Shown here in pieces: positions 11,527 to 25,792 of a stretch of DNA of 64,000 bases; position 1 is the stretch's first letter; each line of letters begins with the position of its first letter. Location of the stretch: positions 46,560 through 110,559 of the forward strand of contig CP144840.1 of assembly GCA_036689495.1 (NCBI GenBank). The letters run 5' to 3'. A program made the translations under genes and the position numbers. This DNA comes from Candidatus Stammera capleta (GTDB lineage Bacteria > Pseudomonadota > Gammaproteobacteria > Enterobacterales > Enterobacteriaceae). A model generated the notes under the pieces. It had not been told where the DNA came from. It did not search any database and saw only the letters and a list, made by a program, of their open reading frames with translations.

Positions 11527-12147
11527 ATGGCAAAATATTTAGGTGCAAAATTAAAATTAAGTCGTAGAGAAGGTAGTGATTTATTTTTAAAATCAGGTTT
11601 ACGTGATATAGAATCTAAATGTAATTTGGAAAAATTACCTGGTCAACATGGATATAGAAAATCAAGATTATCTGATTATGGTGTACAATTACGTGCTAAA
11701 CAAAAAGTTCGTCGTATTTATGGTATATCAGAAAATCAATTTTTTAATTATTATAAAAAATCTTTAAGGTTTAAAGGTAATACAGGAAGTATATTACTTA
11801 AATTATTGGAAAGAAGATTAGATAATGTTGTTTATAGAATGGGTTTTGGTGTAACAAGAAATGAATCCAGACAATTAGTGAATCATAAATCTATTATGGT
11901 TAATAATAATGTTATTAATATTGCTTCTTTCGAAGTTTTTCCTGGAGATGTAATAAAAGTAGTAAAAAAATCACTTAATCAAGATAGAATTAAATATTCT
12001 TTAGAAATTTTTAAACAACGTGAATTACCTGTTTGATTACAAGTAAATATAAAAAAAATGGAAGGAATTTTTGTTAATATTCCTAAACGTAGTTATTTAT
12101 CTGCAGATATACAGGAACATCTTATATTAGAATTTTATTCTAAATAA
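11527..12147 (+). CDS. rpsD: 30S ribosomal protein S4
   Basis: [16 protein letters not shown]...[24 protein letters not shown] continues across TGA (W-LQV..KKMEG...[15 protein letters not shown]). Confidence 0.96.
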
Positions 12148-12179
12148 TTTAAAATTTATTATTGAGGTATAATTTTTTT

Positions 12180-13178
12180 ATGTTTTCTACATTAGAATTT
12201 TTAAAACCTAAATTAGTAAATATAGAAAATATATCTAAAACACATTCTAAATTAGTTTTAGAACCTTTAGAAAAAGGTTTTGGTTATACTTTAGGAAATG
12301 TTTTAAGACGTGTTTTATTGTCTTCTATATCTGGTTATGCGGTTACAGAAGTAGAGATAGATGGTGTTTTACATGAATATAGTGTTAAAAGTGGTTTATT
12401 AGAAGATATATTAGAAGTTTTATTAAATTTAAAAAAATTATCTATTAGATTAAATGATGATAGAGAAGAAGCAGTACTTTTTTTAAATAAAACTGGGGTA
12501 GGTCCAGTATTAGCTTCGCATATAACTTGTGATCATAGTTTTGAAATTGTTGATCCTAATCATATTATTTGTAATTTAACAGATAAAGATGCTTCTATAA
12601 ATATGCGTATATATATACGATTAGGAATTGGTTATGTTTCAGCTGCTTCTAGAATTAAAGAATTTAAGGAAGTTAATGATACTTTAAAAGTAGGAAGATT
12701 ATTTATAGATGCTCTTTATTCACCTATAGAATGTATTTCTTATAAAGTTGAATCTACTCGTGTTAAACAACGTGTAGATTTAGATAAATTAATTATAGAT
12801 GTATATACTAATGGGTCTATAAAACCTGAATTTGCTGTACGTGAAGCTGCTTCTATATTAGTAAATCAATTAAGTTCTTTTATTAATTTAAATGATAAAA
12901 GTATTGAAAAAGTTAAAAAAAATAAGTTATCTTTTGATCCTATTTTATTATCTTTAGTAGATGATTTAGAGTTAACAGTAAGATCAGCAAATTGTTTAAA
13001 AGCAGAATCTATTCATTATATAGGTGATTTAGTACAAAAAACTGAAATAGAATTATTAAAAACTCCTAATTTAGGTAAAAAATCTTTAAGTGAAATTAAA
13101 AATGTATTGTTTTCTAAAGGATTAACCTTAGGGATGAAAATAAAAAATTGAAATAGTAATTTAAATTTAAAAAAATAG
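12180..13178 (+). CDS. rpoA: DNA-directed RNA polymerase alpha subunit
   Basis: [16 protein letters not shown]...[16 protein letters not shown]...[43 protein letters not shown]. The TGA at 13149-13151 aligns with the Trp of the E. coli ...LGMRLENWPP tail. TAG at 13176-13178. Confidence 0.96.
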
Positions 13179-13197
13179 TTTTATTGGTATATTTTAT

Positions 13198-13557
13198 ATG
13201 CGTCATAAAAAAATTGGTCGTAAATTAAATCGTAATAGTAGTCATAGAAGTTCTATGTTTAAAAATATGATTTGTTCTTTAATTAAATATGAGTTAATAT
13301 GTACTACTCTTCCTAAAGCAAAAGAGTTAAGACGTTATTTTGAAAAAATTATGCATGTTATTTTATTAAAAAAAGAAAAATATTTTAAATTTTTATTTTC
13401 TTATATAAGAGATAAAAATATTATTTATAAATTAATTAATATTATTAAACCTAAATTTACAAATTTTATTAACGGAGGTTATGTTAAAATTTTGAAATGT
13501 GGTTATCGCAATGGAGATAATGCACCTATGGCATATGTAAAAATTTTAAATAGATAA
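13198..13557 (+). CDS. rplQ: 50S ribosomal protein L17
   Basis: MRHKKIGRKLNRNSSHRSSMFKNM...GGYVKILKCGYRNGDNAPMAYVKI, the L17 signature. Confidence 0.95.
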   Translation: MRHKKIGRKLNRNSSHRSSMFKNMICSLIKYELICTTLPKAKELRRYFEKIMHVILLKKEKYFKFLFSYIRDKNIIYKLINIIKPKFTNFINGGYVKILKCGYRNGDNAPMAYVKILNR

Positions 13558-13563
13558 TAATTT

Positions 13564-14649
13564 ATGGTTAGACCTATATATAGTATATTAAATATTAATA
13601 ATTTAAAGAATAATTTTTTTTTAATACGTAAATTATCTAGTTATAAAAATATATGATTAGTAGTTAAAGGTAATGCTTATGGTCATGGAATTAAAAATAT
13701 TTATAATATTTTAAAAAATTATGTGAGTGGTTTTTCTGTCCTTAGTATAAAAGAGGCTTTATATTTACGTAATATAGGTTGAAATAAACATATTTTATTA
13801 TTAGAAGGTTTTTTTGATTTTACAGAAATAGAATTATGTTTAAAATATAAAATTAGTGTTGTAATACATAGTTTTTGACAAATAAATTTACTAAAAAAGA
13901 TTAATAATATTTATAAAAAAATTGATATTTATTTAAAATTAAATGTTAATTTGAATAGATTAGGTTTTAATAGTTGTAATTTATATAGAGCTTTTTTAAT
14001 TTTAAAATCTTTAAATATTGTAAAAGATTTATCTTTAATAATACATTTATCATGATTAGATAAATATAGTAATATTTTTTTTTTAAAAAAAAAATATATT
14101 AAAATATTTAGTTTAAATTTTAAAGAAATATCTATTTCTAGTTCTTTAGGATTAATTACAAGTGTTAATGATTTTTATAGTACTTGAATTAGAATAGGTA
14201 TATTATTATATGGTTTATCTCCTAATGGAAATATTTATGATATTTTAAATTTAGGTTTTAAACCTGTAATGAGTTTTACAAGTAAAATTATTAGTATTAA
14301 AAATATTAAAAGTAATCAGTATATAGGTTATAGTAATGGATTTTATTCTAATAAAAATAGATTAATTGGTATTGTAGCTTGTGGTTATGCAGATGGTTAT
14401 CCAAGACAATTATCAAATAAATATTATGTTTTAGTAAATAATAGTTTTAAAGCTAAAATATTAGGTAATATTTCTATGGATATGATGATAATAGATTTAT
14501 TAGATAATACTAGTATTAATATAGGTGATAGTATAGAATTATGAGGTGAAAATTTATATGTTGATAATTTAGCTAAAATTGCTAATACTATTAGTTATGA
14601 TTTAATTAGTGGTTTAAATAAAGATAGAGTTTCTTGAAAATTAAAATAA
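13564..14649 (+). CDS. alr: alanine racemase
   Basis: One frame across several TGA. Contains W-LVVKGNAYGHGIKN (PLP-lysine motif VVKANAYGHG) and GYADGYPR. About 361 aa. Confidence 0.85.
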
Positions 14650-14661
14650 TTTATATTTATT

Positions 14662-15519
14662 ATGTTAACTTTTGAAAAATTAATTTTTAAATTAATTAAA
14701 TATTGAACTAGTTTAGGTAGTTGTCATATTCAATCTTTAGATTTAGAAGTTGGTGCTGGTACTTTTCACCCTATTACTTTTTTTAATGCATTAAAAGGAG
14801 ATAAAGCTTTTTTTTCTTATGTACAATTATGTAAAAGACCTTTAGATAGTAAATATGGAAATAATTTTTATAGATTACAACAATATTATCAATTTCAGGT
14901 TATTATTAAACCTACTATACCAAATATACAAGATGTGTATTTAGATTCTTTAAAATATGTAGGTATTGATTTATCTAAATGTGATTTACGTTTTGTAGAA
15001 GATAATTGAGAAAATCCAAGTTTAGGTATTTATGGTATAGGTTGAGAAATTTGATTAAATGGTTTAGAAATAACTCAGTTTACTTATTTTCAAAATATTT
15101 CTGGTTTTAATTGTAAACCTGTATTAGGTGAAATTACTTATGGTTTAGAGAGATTATCTTTATTTTTACAGAATATTGATTCTATATATAATTTAATATG
15201 GAGTAAAAATATTTATGGTATTACTAAATATAAAGATGTTTTATTAAATATTGAGAAAGAAAAATCTTTATATAATTTTAGTAAATCTAATATTAATTTT
15301 TTAATAAATTCTTTTTTAAGTTATGAATCTGAAGTTTTAAGATTAATATCTTATAAAAAACCTTTATTAATGTCTTCTTATGAATTTATTATTAAAATGG
15401 TGCATTGTTTTAATTTATTAGATGCAAGAAATTATTTTTCTAATATTGAAAGACAAAATTATATTTTACGTATTAGAAATTTATTTAATAAAATAGCTAA
15501 AATTTATGTAAGTATATAG
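14662..15519 (+). CDS. glyQ: glycine--tRNA ligase alpha subunit
   Basis: LEVGAGTFHP...RLQQYYQFQVIIKP...[35 protein letters not shown]...GEITYGLERL. All three TGA (15007, 15043, 15052) align with Trp in E. coli GlyQ. Confidence 0.96.
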
Positions 15520-15536
15520 ATTATAGGTTATTAAAA

Positions 15537-17636
15537 ATGTTTAAATATGGTGTTTTATTAATTGAATTAAATACAGAAGAATTACCCGTAAAAAATTTAG
15601 AAAATTTAGCAAAAGATTTTTTATCTTTTTTTTTATATGAATTTAATAAAAAATTTTTTTTTTGTTCAGAATGTTGTTATTATTATACTTTAAGAAAAGT
15701 GTCTTGTTTATTTAAAAATTTTAATTTTTTTCAGAATTTATATGAAAAATATGATGTTATTTATGGACCTAAAATTGATATTGATAAAAAAATTAATTTT
15801 TTAAAAAATCCTTTATTAGCTTGAATAAAAAAATTTAATTTTGGTTATGAAGAAATTAAATATTCTTTATTTAAGAATAAAAAATTTTTTTTTGTAAAAA
15901 GAAAAAAAGTTAGTAAAAGTATTGATTTTTTTATAAATAAAATTTTTCATAATGTTTTGTCTAAATTAATTAAAAATCATAATCTAATGAGATGAGGTAT
16001 TAAAAATTTTTCTTTTATAAGACCTATTACTAATATAGTAGTAATGTTTAATGAAAAAATTTTAAATGTTAATTTTTTAGGTTATAAATCTAATAATATA
16101 TTATTAGGACATAGATTTATAAGTAATAAAAATATTATTTTAATTCATGCTAGTAAATATGAATCTTATTTAAAAAAATTTGGATTTATTATTATTAATC
16201 ATAATATACGTAGATATAAAATATTATGTTTTTTAAATAAAATATCTTTTAAAAAGAATTTATGTTTTAATTATACTATTTTTTTTTTAAATTATATTGT
16301 TTCTATTATAGAATTACCATCATACGTAATATGTAAATTTAGTAAAAAATTTTTGTTTTTACCTAAAGAAATATTAATTTCTATAATAGAAAAATTAAAT
16401 AGTTTTCCTACTTTTAATATAAAAGGTAATTTATTAAATTATTTTATTATAATTACTAATTTAAAATTTAATTTTTCAAGTTATAAAACCGTTAAAAAAA
16501 ATTATGAAAATATTATTACTTCTAAATTATTAGAATTAAAAATATTATTTTTAAATGATAGATGTTTACCTTTTATAAGTTATTTACCTAAACTAAAAAA
16601 TATTATTTTTTATGAAAAATTAGGTAATATGTTTGATAAAATTAGAAGATTATTATATTTATCTAATAGGATATCTATTATTTTAAAGAAATTTAATATT
16701 TATATTGATAATTATTTGTTAAATCATGCTATTTTATTAATTAAATGTGATTTAGCTACTTCTTTATATAAAGAATTTACAGATATGAAAGGTATCATAG
16801 GAATGTATTATACTTTATTAGATTATAAATCTTATAATTTATCTTTAATAATTAAAAATCATTATTTACCTAGATATTCTGGAGATTTAATACCTACTGA
16901 TAAATATAGTTCTTTAATTTCATTAGTTGATAAATTAGATACTTTAGTAGGGATATTTTTATTAAATAATTTTAAAGTTATTAATAATAGTGATCCTTAT
17001 GCTTTAAGAAGATTATCAATATCTATACTAAATATTATTATACATAATAATATTTATATAAATTTATATAATTTGATAAAATTTAATATTTTTTTATTTA
17101 AAAATATTAAAATTAATAAAAAAAAAATTATTAATGTAATTAGATTTATTTTTAAACGTTCTATAAATTTTTTTTTAAAATTAGGTTATAAAAAAAAATT
17201 TATTGATTCTGTTATTAATTTAAAAATATTTAATTTTTTAGATTTTAAATTAAGATTAGAACATATATGGAAAGTAAGAAATTCTAAATTTTTTTTATTA
17301 TTTTTAAATTTAATTAAAAGAATTAGAAATATTTTATTAAAAGAAAAATATATTTATAATAAATATATTAATTTAGATTATTTTCAACATGATGAAGAAA
17401 TAAATTTATATAAATATATTATTTTGTTAAATAAAATTAAAAAAAAAATTTTTATTAATTATAAATATAGTAAATTAATGAATTATTTTTTTGTTTCAAT
17501 TAAAAAAGTAGAATTTTTTTTTTCTTCAGTAAGAATAAATGTAAGTAATATAAAAATTAAAAAAAATAGATTAAATTTATTAAATAAATTAAATCTAATT
17601 TTTTTTGATTTTGTAAATTTTAATTATTTAATATAA
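15537..17636 (+). CDS. glyS: glycine--tRNA ligase beta subunit (very divergent, I/K/N/F-rich)
   Basis: Fragments 15537..15824 and 16044..17636 share a frame and are joined across TGA. About 699 aa, directly after glyQ. N-terminus LLIELNTEELP and DPYALRR fit GlyS. Confidence 0.85.
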
Positions 17637-17639
17637 AAT

Positions 17640-18734
17640 TTATGGTATATTTTTAATTATTATACCACCACCTAAACATATATTTTTTTTATATAAAACT
17701 GCTGATTGTCCAGGAGAAATAGCAAATATAGGTTTTGTAAATAAAATTTTATTTTTTTTTTGTAACATAACTTTACATTGAATTTCTTTTTGTTGATATC
17801 TAGTTTTAATTTTACAGAATAAAATTTTATACTTTTTTTTTAGATGTATAAAATATATTTTTTTAATATATAAACCTTGTGAGTATAAATATTTTTTATT
17901 TCTACCTTTTACTACTATTAGTTCATTTTTTTTTTTTTTTTTTTTAACAACATAATATGGTTGGGTGTTATTTTTTTTAATATTTAAATTTTTTCTTTGT
18001 CCTATAGTATAATAAAAAAGACCTTTATGATTTCCTAGTATTTGATTATTTTTAATATCTATAATATTACCGGGTGTATTTTTTATATATTTTTGAATAA
18101 AATCTTTATATTTTCTTTTGCCTATGAAACATATTCCAGTAGAATCTTTTTTTTTTGCATTTTTAAATTTTATATTTATTGCTATTTTTCTTATTTGTTT
18201 TTTATAAAAATTACCTAATGGAAATATAAATTTTTTAATTTGTTTTTGAGTTATTCTATATAAAAAATAACTTTGATCTTTTTTGTTATCTATACCTTTT
18301 AATAATAAAAATAAATTTTTTTTTCTTTTTTTTATTACATAATGTCCCGTAGCAACAAAGTCTGCTTTTAGTATTTTAGTAGAAAATTTTAAAAATAAAT
18401 TTAATTTTATTTCTTTATTACATAATACATCTGGATTAGGTGTTTGAGCTTGTTTGAGCTTTTTAATAAATATTTTAAAAACTTTTTTTCAATATTCATA
18501 AGAAAAATTTATTTTGGATAATTTTATTTTTAATTTTTTACATATATTAATAGAATCTAAATAATCTATTTTTGAATTACATTTTTTATTTTTATCTTCT
18601 TCTTCTCAATTTTTCATAAATACACATTCTACATGAAAACCTAATTTCTGTAATATTCATGCAGTAACAGAAGAATCTACACCACCAGATAATGCTACTA
18701 TAATTTTATATTTTTTTATAATTTTAAATTTCAT
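17640..18734 (-). CDS. mnmA: tRNA-specific 2-thiouridylase MnmA
   Basis: My own minus-strand translation under table 4: MKFKIIKKYKIIVALSGGVDSSVTAW-...TPNPDVLCNKEIKL...ATGHY...KDQSYFLY...STGICFIG. The ORF track misses it because of many TGA. Confidence 0.9.
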
Positions 18735-18738
18735 TTAT

Positions 18739-19896
18739 TTATTTTTTTATAAATATTATTTTATGTAAAATTTTTCTAATAAATAAAAAAACACGTTCTA
18801 AAAAATATTTTATTATATTACTATTTTTATGTTCTTCCAAGGATATCAATAAACTTCTTTTTTTTTTAGAATTTATTATAATTTTACCTAAAATTTGTTT
18901 TTTTTTTATTGGTGATTTAATTATTTTAAATATTTTAAAAATTATTTTTTTTTTAGTTATATATTTTTTATTATATGATATATATATATTTTTATTACTA
19001 CCTAAATTAATATATTTGTTTCTACTAAATCATATTTTATAATTTAAAATTTTTTTATATTTTGTAAATATTTTTTTAGTTTTAAAGTTGTTAAATCCTC
19101 ATTCTATTAATTTTTTTGTATCATTATTTCTATCTTTTATAGATTTTGATCCTAATATTACAGATATTAATCTTAAATGGTTTTTTTTTGATGAAGCTAT
19201 TAAATTATATCCTGCTTGATTAGTATGACCTGTTTTAATACCATCTATATTAAAATATTTATTTCATAACAATAAATTTCTGTTTTTTTGTTTTATTTTA
19301 TTAAACTCAAATATTTTTTTACTATATACTTTGTATTCTTTTGGAAAGTTTTTAATTAATAAAATACTTAATTTAGCTATATCTTTTGAAGTTGTATATT
19401 GATTATTATGATCTAATCCATGTACTGTTTTAAAATTAGTATTTTTTAATTTCATGTTAGTAGCATATTTGTTCATTAAATTTATAAACTTTTTTTCACT
19501 ACCTGATATATGTTCAGCTATAGCTACACTAGCATCATTACCTGATGATATTATCATTCCTTGTTTTAGTTTTTCTAAATTAACTTTATTATTTTTATTT
19601 AGAAACATTAAAGATGATTCTTTAAATAAAGGATTTTTTGAAGAAGAATTATAATTTATTTTAACTGAATCATTTAATGATATTTTTTTAGATTTTAATT
19701 TATCTAATAAAATATAGTGTGTCATTATTTTAGTTAGACTTGCGGGAGCTAATTTTAAATTAATATTCTTTTTAGCTAATATTTTTTGCGAATTATAATC
19801 AACTAAAATAAATGATTTAGCATTAATATCTGGTATATTATTAGCAAATGTATTATTAAAAATTATTAATAATAGTAATAGTTTAAATTTATTCAT
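18739..19896 (-). CDS. dacA: D-alanyl-D-alanine carboxypeptidase (PBP5/6 family)
   Basis: ORF 19264..19896 extends across TGA to TAA at 18739-18741. Signal-like N-terminus, then the SLTK (SxxK), SGND (SxN) and KTGHT motifs. Downstream of rodA as in E. coli. Confidence 0.88.
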
Positions 19897-20971
19897 ATTC
19901 TTTTTTTTTTTTTGTAGCCATTATTATTCCAAACATGCATATATTAGTAATTAAAGATGTTCCTCCATAACTTATTAAAGGTAATGGTATACCTACTATA
20001 GGTAATATACCACTAACCATACATATATTAACTAATGTATTTATAAAAAATATTATAACAAAACTAGTACAAAATAATTTTTCAAAAAATATATTGTTAT
20101 TTATAGATATATAAAAACTTCTTAATATTAATATACTATATATTGTTAGTATAAAACATACTCCTAAAAATCCATGTTCTTCAGCTATAATAGTGAATAT
20201 AAAGTCTGTTTTTTTTTCTGGAATAAACCCTAATCTTGATTGTGTTCCACGAAATATTCCTTTACCATATTTACCACCTGAACCTATAGATATTTTAGAT
20301 TGATTAATTTGATAACCTTGTTTAAGAGATTTATTATTATTAAATAATGTTATAATTCTTTCTTTTTGATAATTATGTAAAAAAAAATTTCATAGTATTG
20401 GTATTGATATTATACTTAAAATTATGGAAATAAAAATCATTTTCTTATTAATACCACCTAAATATAGTGTAATCATACCTGATACTATAATTAGTATTGA
20501 TGTACCTAAATCTGGTTGTAAATAAACTAATATAGTAGGTATTAAAATGATTATTGTAGTTTTAAATAAATCTTTAGTTTTTAAAGGATAATTATTACTA
20601 ATATATTGTGCTATTATTATAGGTAAAATTAATTTTATTGTTTCAGATGGTTGAAATTGAAATATACCTATATTAATTCATCTTTTAGCTCCTTTAATTA
20701 TATGTCCTTTGATATAAACTATTATTAATAATATATTACATATAATATAAAATATGTAAGTATAATTTCTATAAAATATACTTTTAAATTGAGATACAAA
20801 TATCATTATAAAAAGACCTATACATAAATGTATTATTCTTTTATATACTATGTATATATTTTGATTACTAGCACTATATATTATTAAAATACTATAAATA
20901 GATAATATTAAAATACATGTAAATATTGTTATGTCTATATTTTTATAAATATTTTTAATTTTTTTTATCAT
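19889..20971 (-). CDS. rodA: peptidoglycan glycosyltransferase RodA (SEDS family)
   Basis: ORF 20678..20971 extends across TGA. Polytopic, with ...INIGIFQFQPSE..K and ...LPLISYGGTS. It follows mrdA and overlaps the dacA start by 8 nt. Confidence 0.88.
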
Positions 20972-20992
20972 TTTTGTTAAAAAAATTATTTA

Positions 20993-22765
20993 CTAATTTT
21001 TATATAAAAAATCTGTTATTTTTCTCATTATATATCCTATTCTAGGTCCATTACCTCCATGATCTAATACTATAGATATAGCAAAATTAGGTTTTTTAAA
21101 AGGCATAAATGCATTCATTAATGTATGATCTTTTAATATTGGATTTTTATTTTTTAAAAAATAATTTTTTTGTAATGAAATTATTTGTGCAGTACCAGAT
21201 TTTATTGCTATTTTATATTTTGTATTTAAAAAATTTTTATATGCTGTACCATTTTTTTTATATGCTACTCCATACATACTTTTTTTAATTACTTTAAGAT
21301 GTTTCTTTTTTATATTATTTATATTTTGAATTTTAAATATATTTTTTTTTTCGTTTTCTATTTTTTTTAATAAATGAGGTTTAATAATTAGACCATTATT
21401 TATTAATATTGTTAATGCTTTATTCATTTGTATAGGAGTTATAGATAAATTTCCTTGTCCTATACCAACTAAAATAGTGTTGCCTATATATCAATTATTT
21501 TTTAAAAATATATTATTAGGTATAATACCTGGATGTTCATTTGGTAAATCTATATTAGTTTTTTGTCCATATCCAAATTTTTGAATTCATTTAATAATTT
21601 TTTTTATTCCCATTTTATATGCTATATCATAATAAAAAGTATCTGAGGATTCTTCTATAGATTTTTTAATATTTATTAAACCATGTCCTAAAGTTTTTCA
21701 ATCATAAAATATTTTTTTAGATTTAGGTAGTTTTCACCATCCTGGGTCAAACATAATATGTTTAATATTAACAATTTTTTCTTGTAAAGCTGCTAAGCAA
21801 ATATATGGTTTTATAGTAGAAGCTGGAGGATATATTTCTTGAATAGTTTTATTAATTAATGGTTTGTAAGGATTTTTAATTATTTTATTATATTGTTTAT
21901 TAGAAATTTTTTGAATAAATATATTAGGATCATAACTAGGAGTAGAAATTAAAGATAATATTTCTCCATTATGAGGGTTAGTTACTATAATAGCTACTTG
22001 GTTATTTTTTACTAATTGATATATAAATTTCTGTATATTTATATCTATTGTAAGATAGATATTTTTTCCAATACGTGGTATTTTTATATGGGTACTATTT
22101 AATACAATTCCTTGACTATTTAATATTATTTTTTTTATTCCATTTTTTCCATGTAGTATATTTTCATAATATTTTTCTATTCCACTTTGTCCTATATAAT
22201 TATCTGTATTTTTATCTTTAGTAACATAACCTGTTACGTGTGATAAAATTTTTTTATATGGATAATATCTATAACTATTTCTTTTAAGTAATATATTTTC
22301 AAATATTATTTTATTTCTAAAATATTCTATTAAATCTTTAGAATTAAGATATTTTTTAATAATAACATTTTTATTTATTTTTTTGTTATATATTTTAATT
22401 AAATTATTAATTTTTTTTTTTGATAAAAGGAGTTTTTTTTTTAAAGTACTTATTATTTTTTTAATTTTATTAAATTTATTTGGTTTAATAATTAAATAAT
22501 AATAATTTTTATTAATTACTAGTGGTATTTTATTTCTATCGAATATAATACCTCTATATGGTATACTTGGTACTAGTCTAGTATAATTATTTCTGGCTAA
22601 ATTTGAATAATATTTGAAGTTAATTATTTGTAATTTATATATATTTGATATAATTATTGCCATTATTATAAAAAGAATAATAATAATTTGTTTTGATCTT
22701 TTAATAAAAGTAGTATTTTTTTCATTATTATAATAATGAAAGTAATTTTTATTTTTAAAATTCAT
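20993..22765 (-). CDS. mrdA: penicillin-binding protein 2 (elongasome transpeptidase)
   Basis: Fragments 21734..22765 and 20993..21427 share a frame across TGA. Contains PPASTIKP (SxxK), SSDTFYY and KSGTAQ. About 590 aa. Confidence 0.9.
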
Positions 22766-22892
22766 ATTTTTAATTATTTAATAATTTATTAGTTTAATTT
22801 TAATATTAAATTATTAAGTTTTATAATATATTATACATATATATATAAATTTAATTTAATATTTATTAATTTAAATTATATGAAGAGTTTTT

Positions 22893-24566
<1,674 letters not shown>

Positions 24567-24586
24567 TTTAAAATTTTATAAATAAA

Positions 24587-24847
24587 ATGGCAAATACTAA
24601 ATCTTCTAAAAAAAGGATTTTAATTAATAAATTAAGAAATAAACTTAATACAAGTAAAAAATCTAAATTAAAAACTTATATTAAAAAAACTAAATTAGCA
24701 ATTAAAGATAAAGATCAAAAACTAGCAATAAAATATTATTGTATTACTCAATCTTTATTAGATAAGTATTCTACTAAAAATATTATACATATTAATAAAT
24801 CTTCTAGATATAAATCTTTTTTATTAAAATTAATTAATAATTTATAA
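24587..24847 (+). CDS. rpsT: 30S ribosomal protein S20
   Basis: MANTKSSKKRILINKLRNKLN..., 86 aa, with an S20-like N-terminus and size. Confidence 0.88.
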   Translation: MANTKSSKKRILINKLRNKLNTSKKSKLKTYIKKTKLAIKDKDQKLAIKYYCITQSLLDKYSTKNIIHINKSSRYKSFLLKLINNL

Positions 24848-24855
24848 TATAATTT

Positions 24856-25641
24856 TTAGTTAATATTTTTATATTTAGAATAAATATTTGTTATTTTACA
24901 AAATTTTTTTATTGAAATTTCTTTTGGTCTTTTATTTAAATTAATATTTAATTTATTTAATTTATTTAAAATATTTTTATTAAAAATATTTTTTAAGTTG
25001 TTAATTATTTTTTTATTTTTTTTTTTAAAAGAATTATTTAAAATATGTTTAAAATGATTAAAATTTATTAATTTAGGTTTTTTTTTTCGAGGAATTAGCT
25101 TTATAAAAACTGAATCTACTTTAGGAATAGGGTAAAAATTTGTTTTTTTAATTTTCATAAGAATTTTTATTTTATATATATATTGTATTAAAATACTAAA
25201 TTTATTATATTTTTTATTTTTTTTATTAGCAATTAATAAATAATAAAATTCTTTTTGAATCATAATATGAATATCTTTAATTATTTTATAATCAGTAATT
25301 AATTTTATTAAAATTTTTTTTGATATATAATAAGGTATATTACCAAAAATTCTAATTTTTTTTTTTTTTTTAAAAAAGAAATTAAATAAATTAAATTTTA
25401 GTATATCTATATTAATTAAATTAAAACTATTATTTTGGTTTTTCTTAACTAAGAAATTATCTATTTCTAATGATGTTACTTGTTTATTGAATTTTATAAT
25501 TTCTTTTGTTAATTCTCCATGTCCGAAACCTATTTCTAAAAAAATATTTTTTTTTTTAGGTTTTATATAATAAATAATTTTTTTAATTATTTTTTTGTTT
25601 TTTAAAAATATTTGTCCTAAACTATTTTTTATTTTTAACAT
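24856..25641 (-). CDS. rsmA: 16S rRNA (adenine1518/1519-N6)-dimethyltransferase
   Basis: LGQIFLKNKKII...FLEIGFGHGELT (SAM motif)...IFGNIPYYIS, 261 aa. Confidence 0.85.
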   Translation of the reverse strand: MLKIKNSLGQIFLKNKKIIKKIIYYIKPKKKNIFLEIGFGHGELTKEIIKFNKQVTSLEIDNFLVKKNQNNSFNLINIDILKFNLFNFFFKKKKKIRIFGNIPYYISKKILIKLITDYKIIKDIHIMIQKEFYYLLIANKKNKKYNKFSILIQYIYKIKILMKIKKTNFYPIPKVDSVFIKLIPRKKKPKLINFNHFKHILNNSFKKKNKKIINNLKNIFNKNILNKLNKLNINLNKRPKEISIKKFCKITNIYSKYKNIN

Positions 25642-25792
25642 TTTTATATAAAAAGAATTAAATTAGTTTAAATATTTTTTTATATATAAAAAAAATATTT
25701 TTATTTATAGAAAATAAATTATTAATTATGTTATACTATATAACATATAGTTTTAAATTAATTTTTTTTTAAAAAATAATGATATCATAAAT

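Noticed and set aside
13149-13178. Apparent C-terminal read-through extensions after a TGA in rpoA here, and likewise in metK at 37825-37881.
   Set aside because: The TGA codons align with genuine Trp residues near the C-termini of the E. coli proteins (rpoA ...RLENWPP..., metK ...HFPWEKTDK...). These are ordinary sense codons, unlike the case in rplP.
18441-18460. An exact 10-bp tandem repeat, TGTTTGAGCT x2, inside mnmA. It looked like a recent duplication or frameshift.
   Set aside because: The reading frame is intact. The encoded segment (KLKQAQ before TPNPD) has the same length as the corresponding E. coli MnmA segment. It is therefore not an insertion and is most likely coincidental.
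25727-25747. A hairpin with 9-bp arms and a 3-nt loop (TATGTTATA-CTA-TATAACATA) in the rsmA/DedA spacer.
   Set aside because: It lies between divergent gene starts, so it is not placed to act as a terminator. It is all A/T apart from a few bases. A palindrome of this size is expected by chance at this composition.
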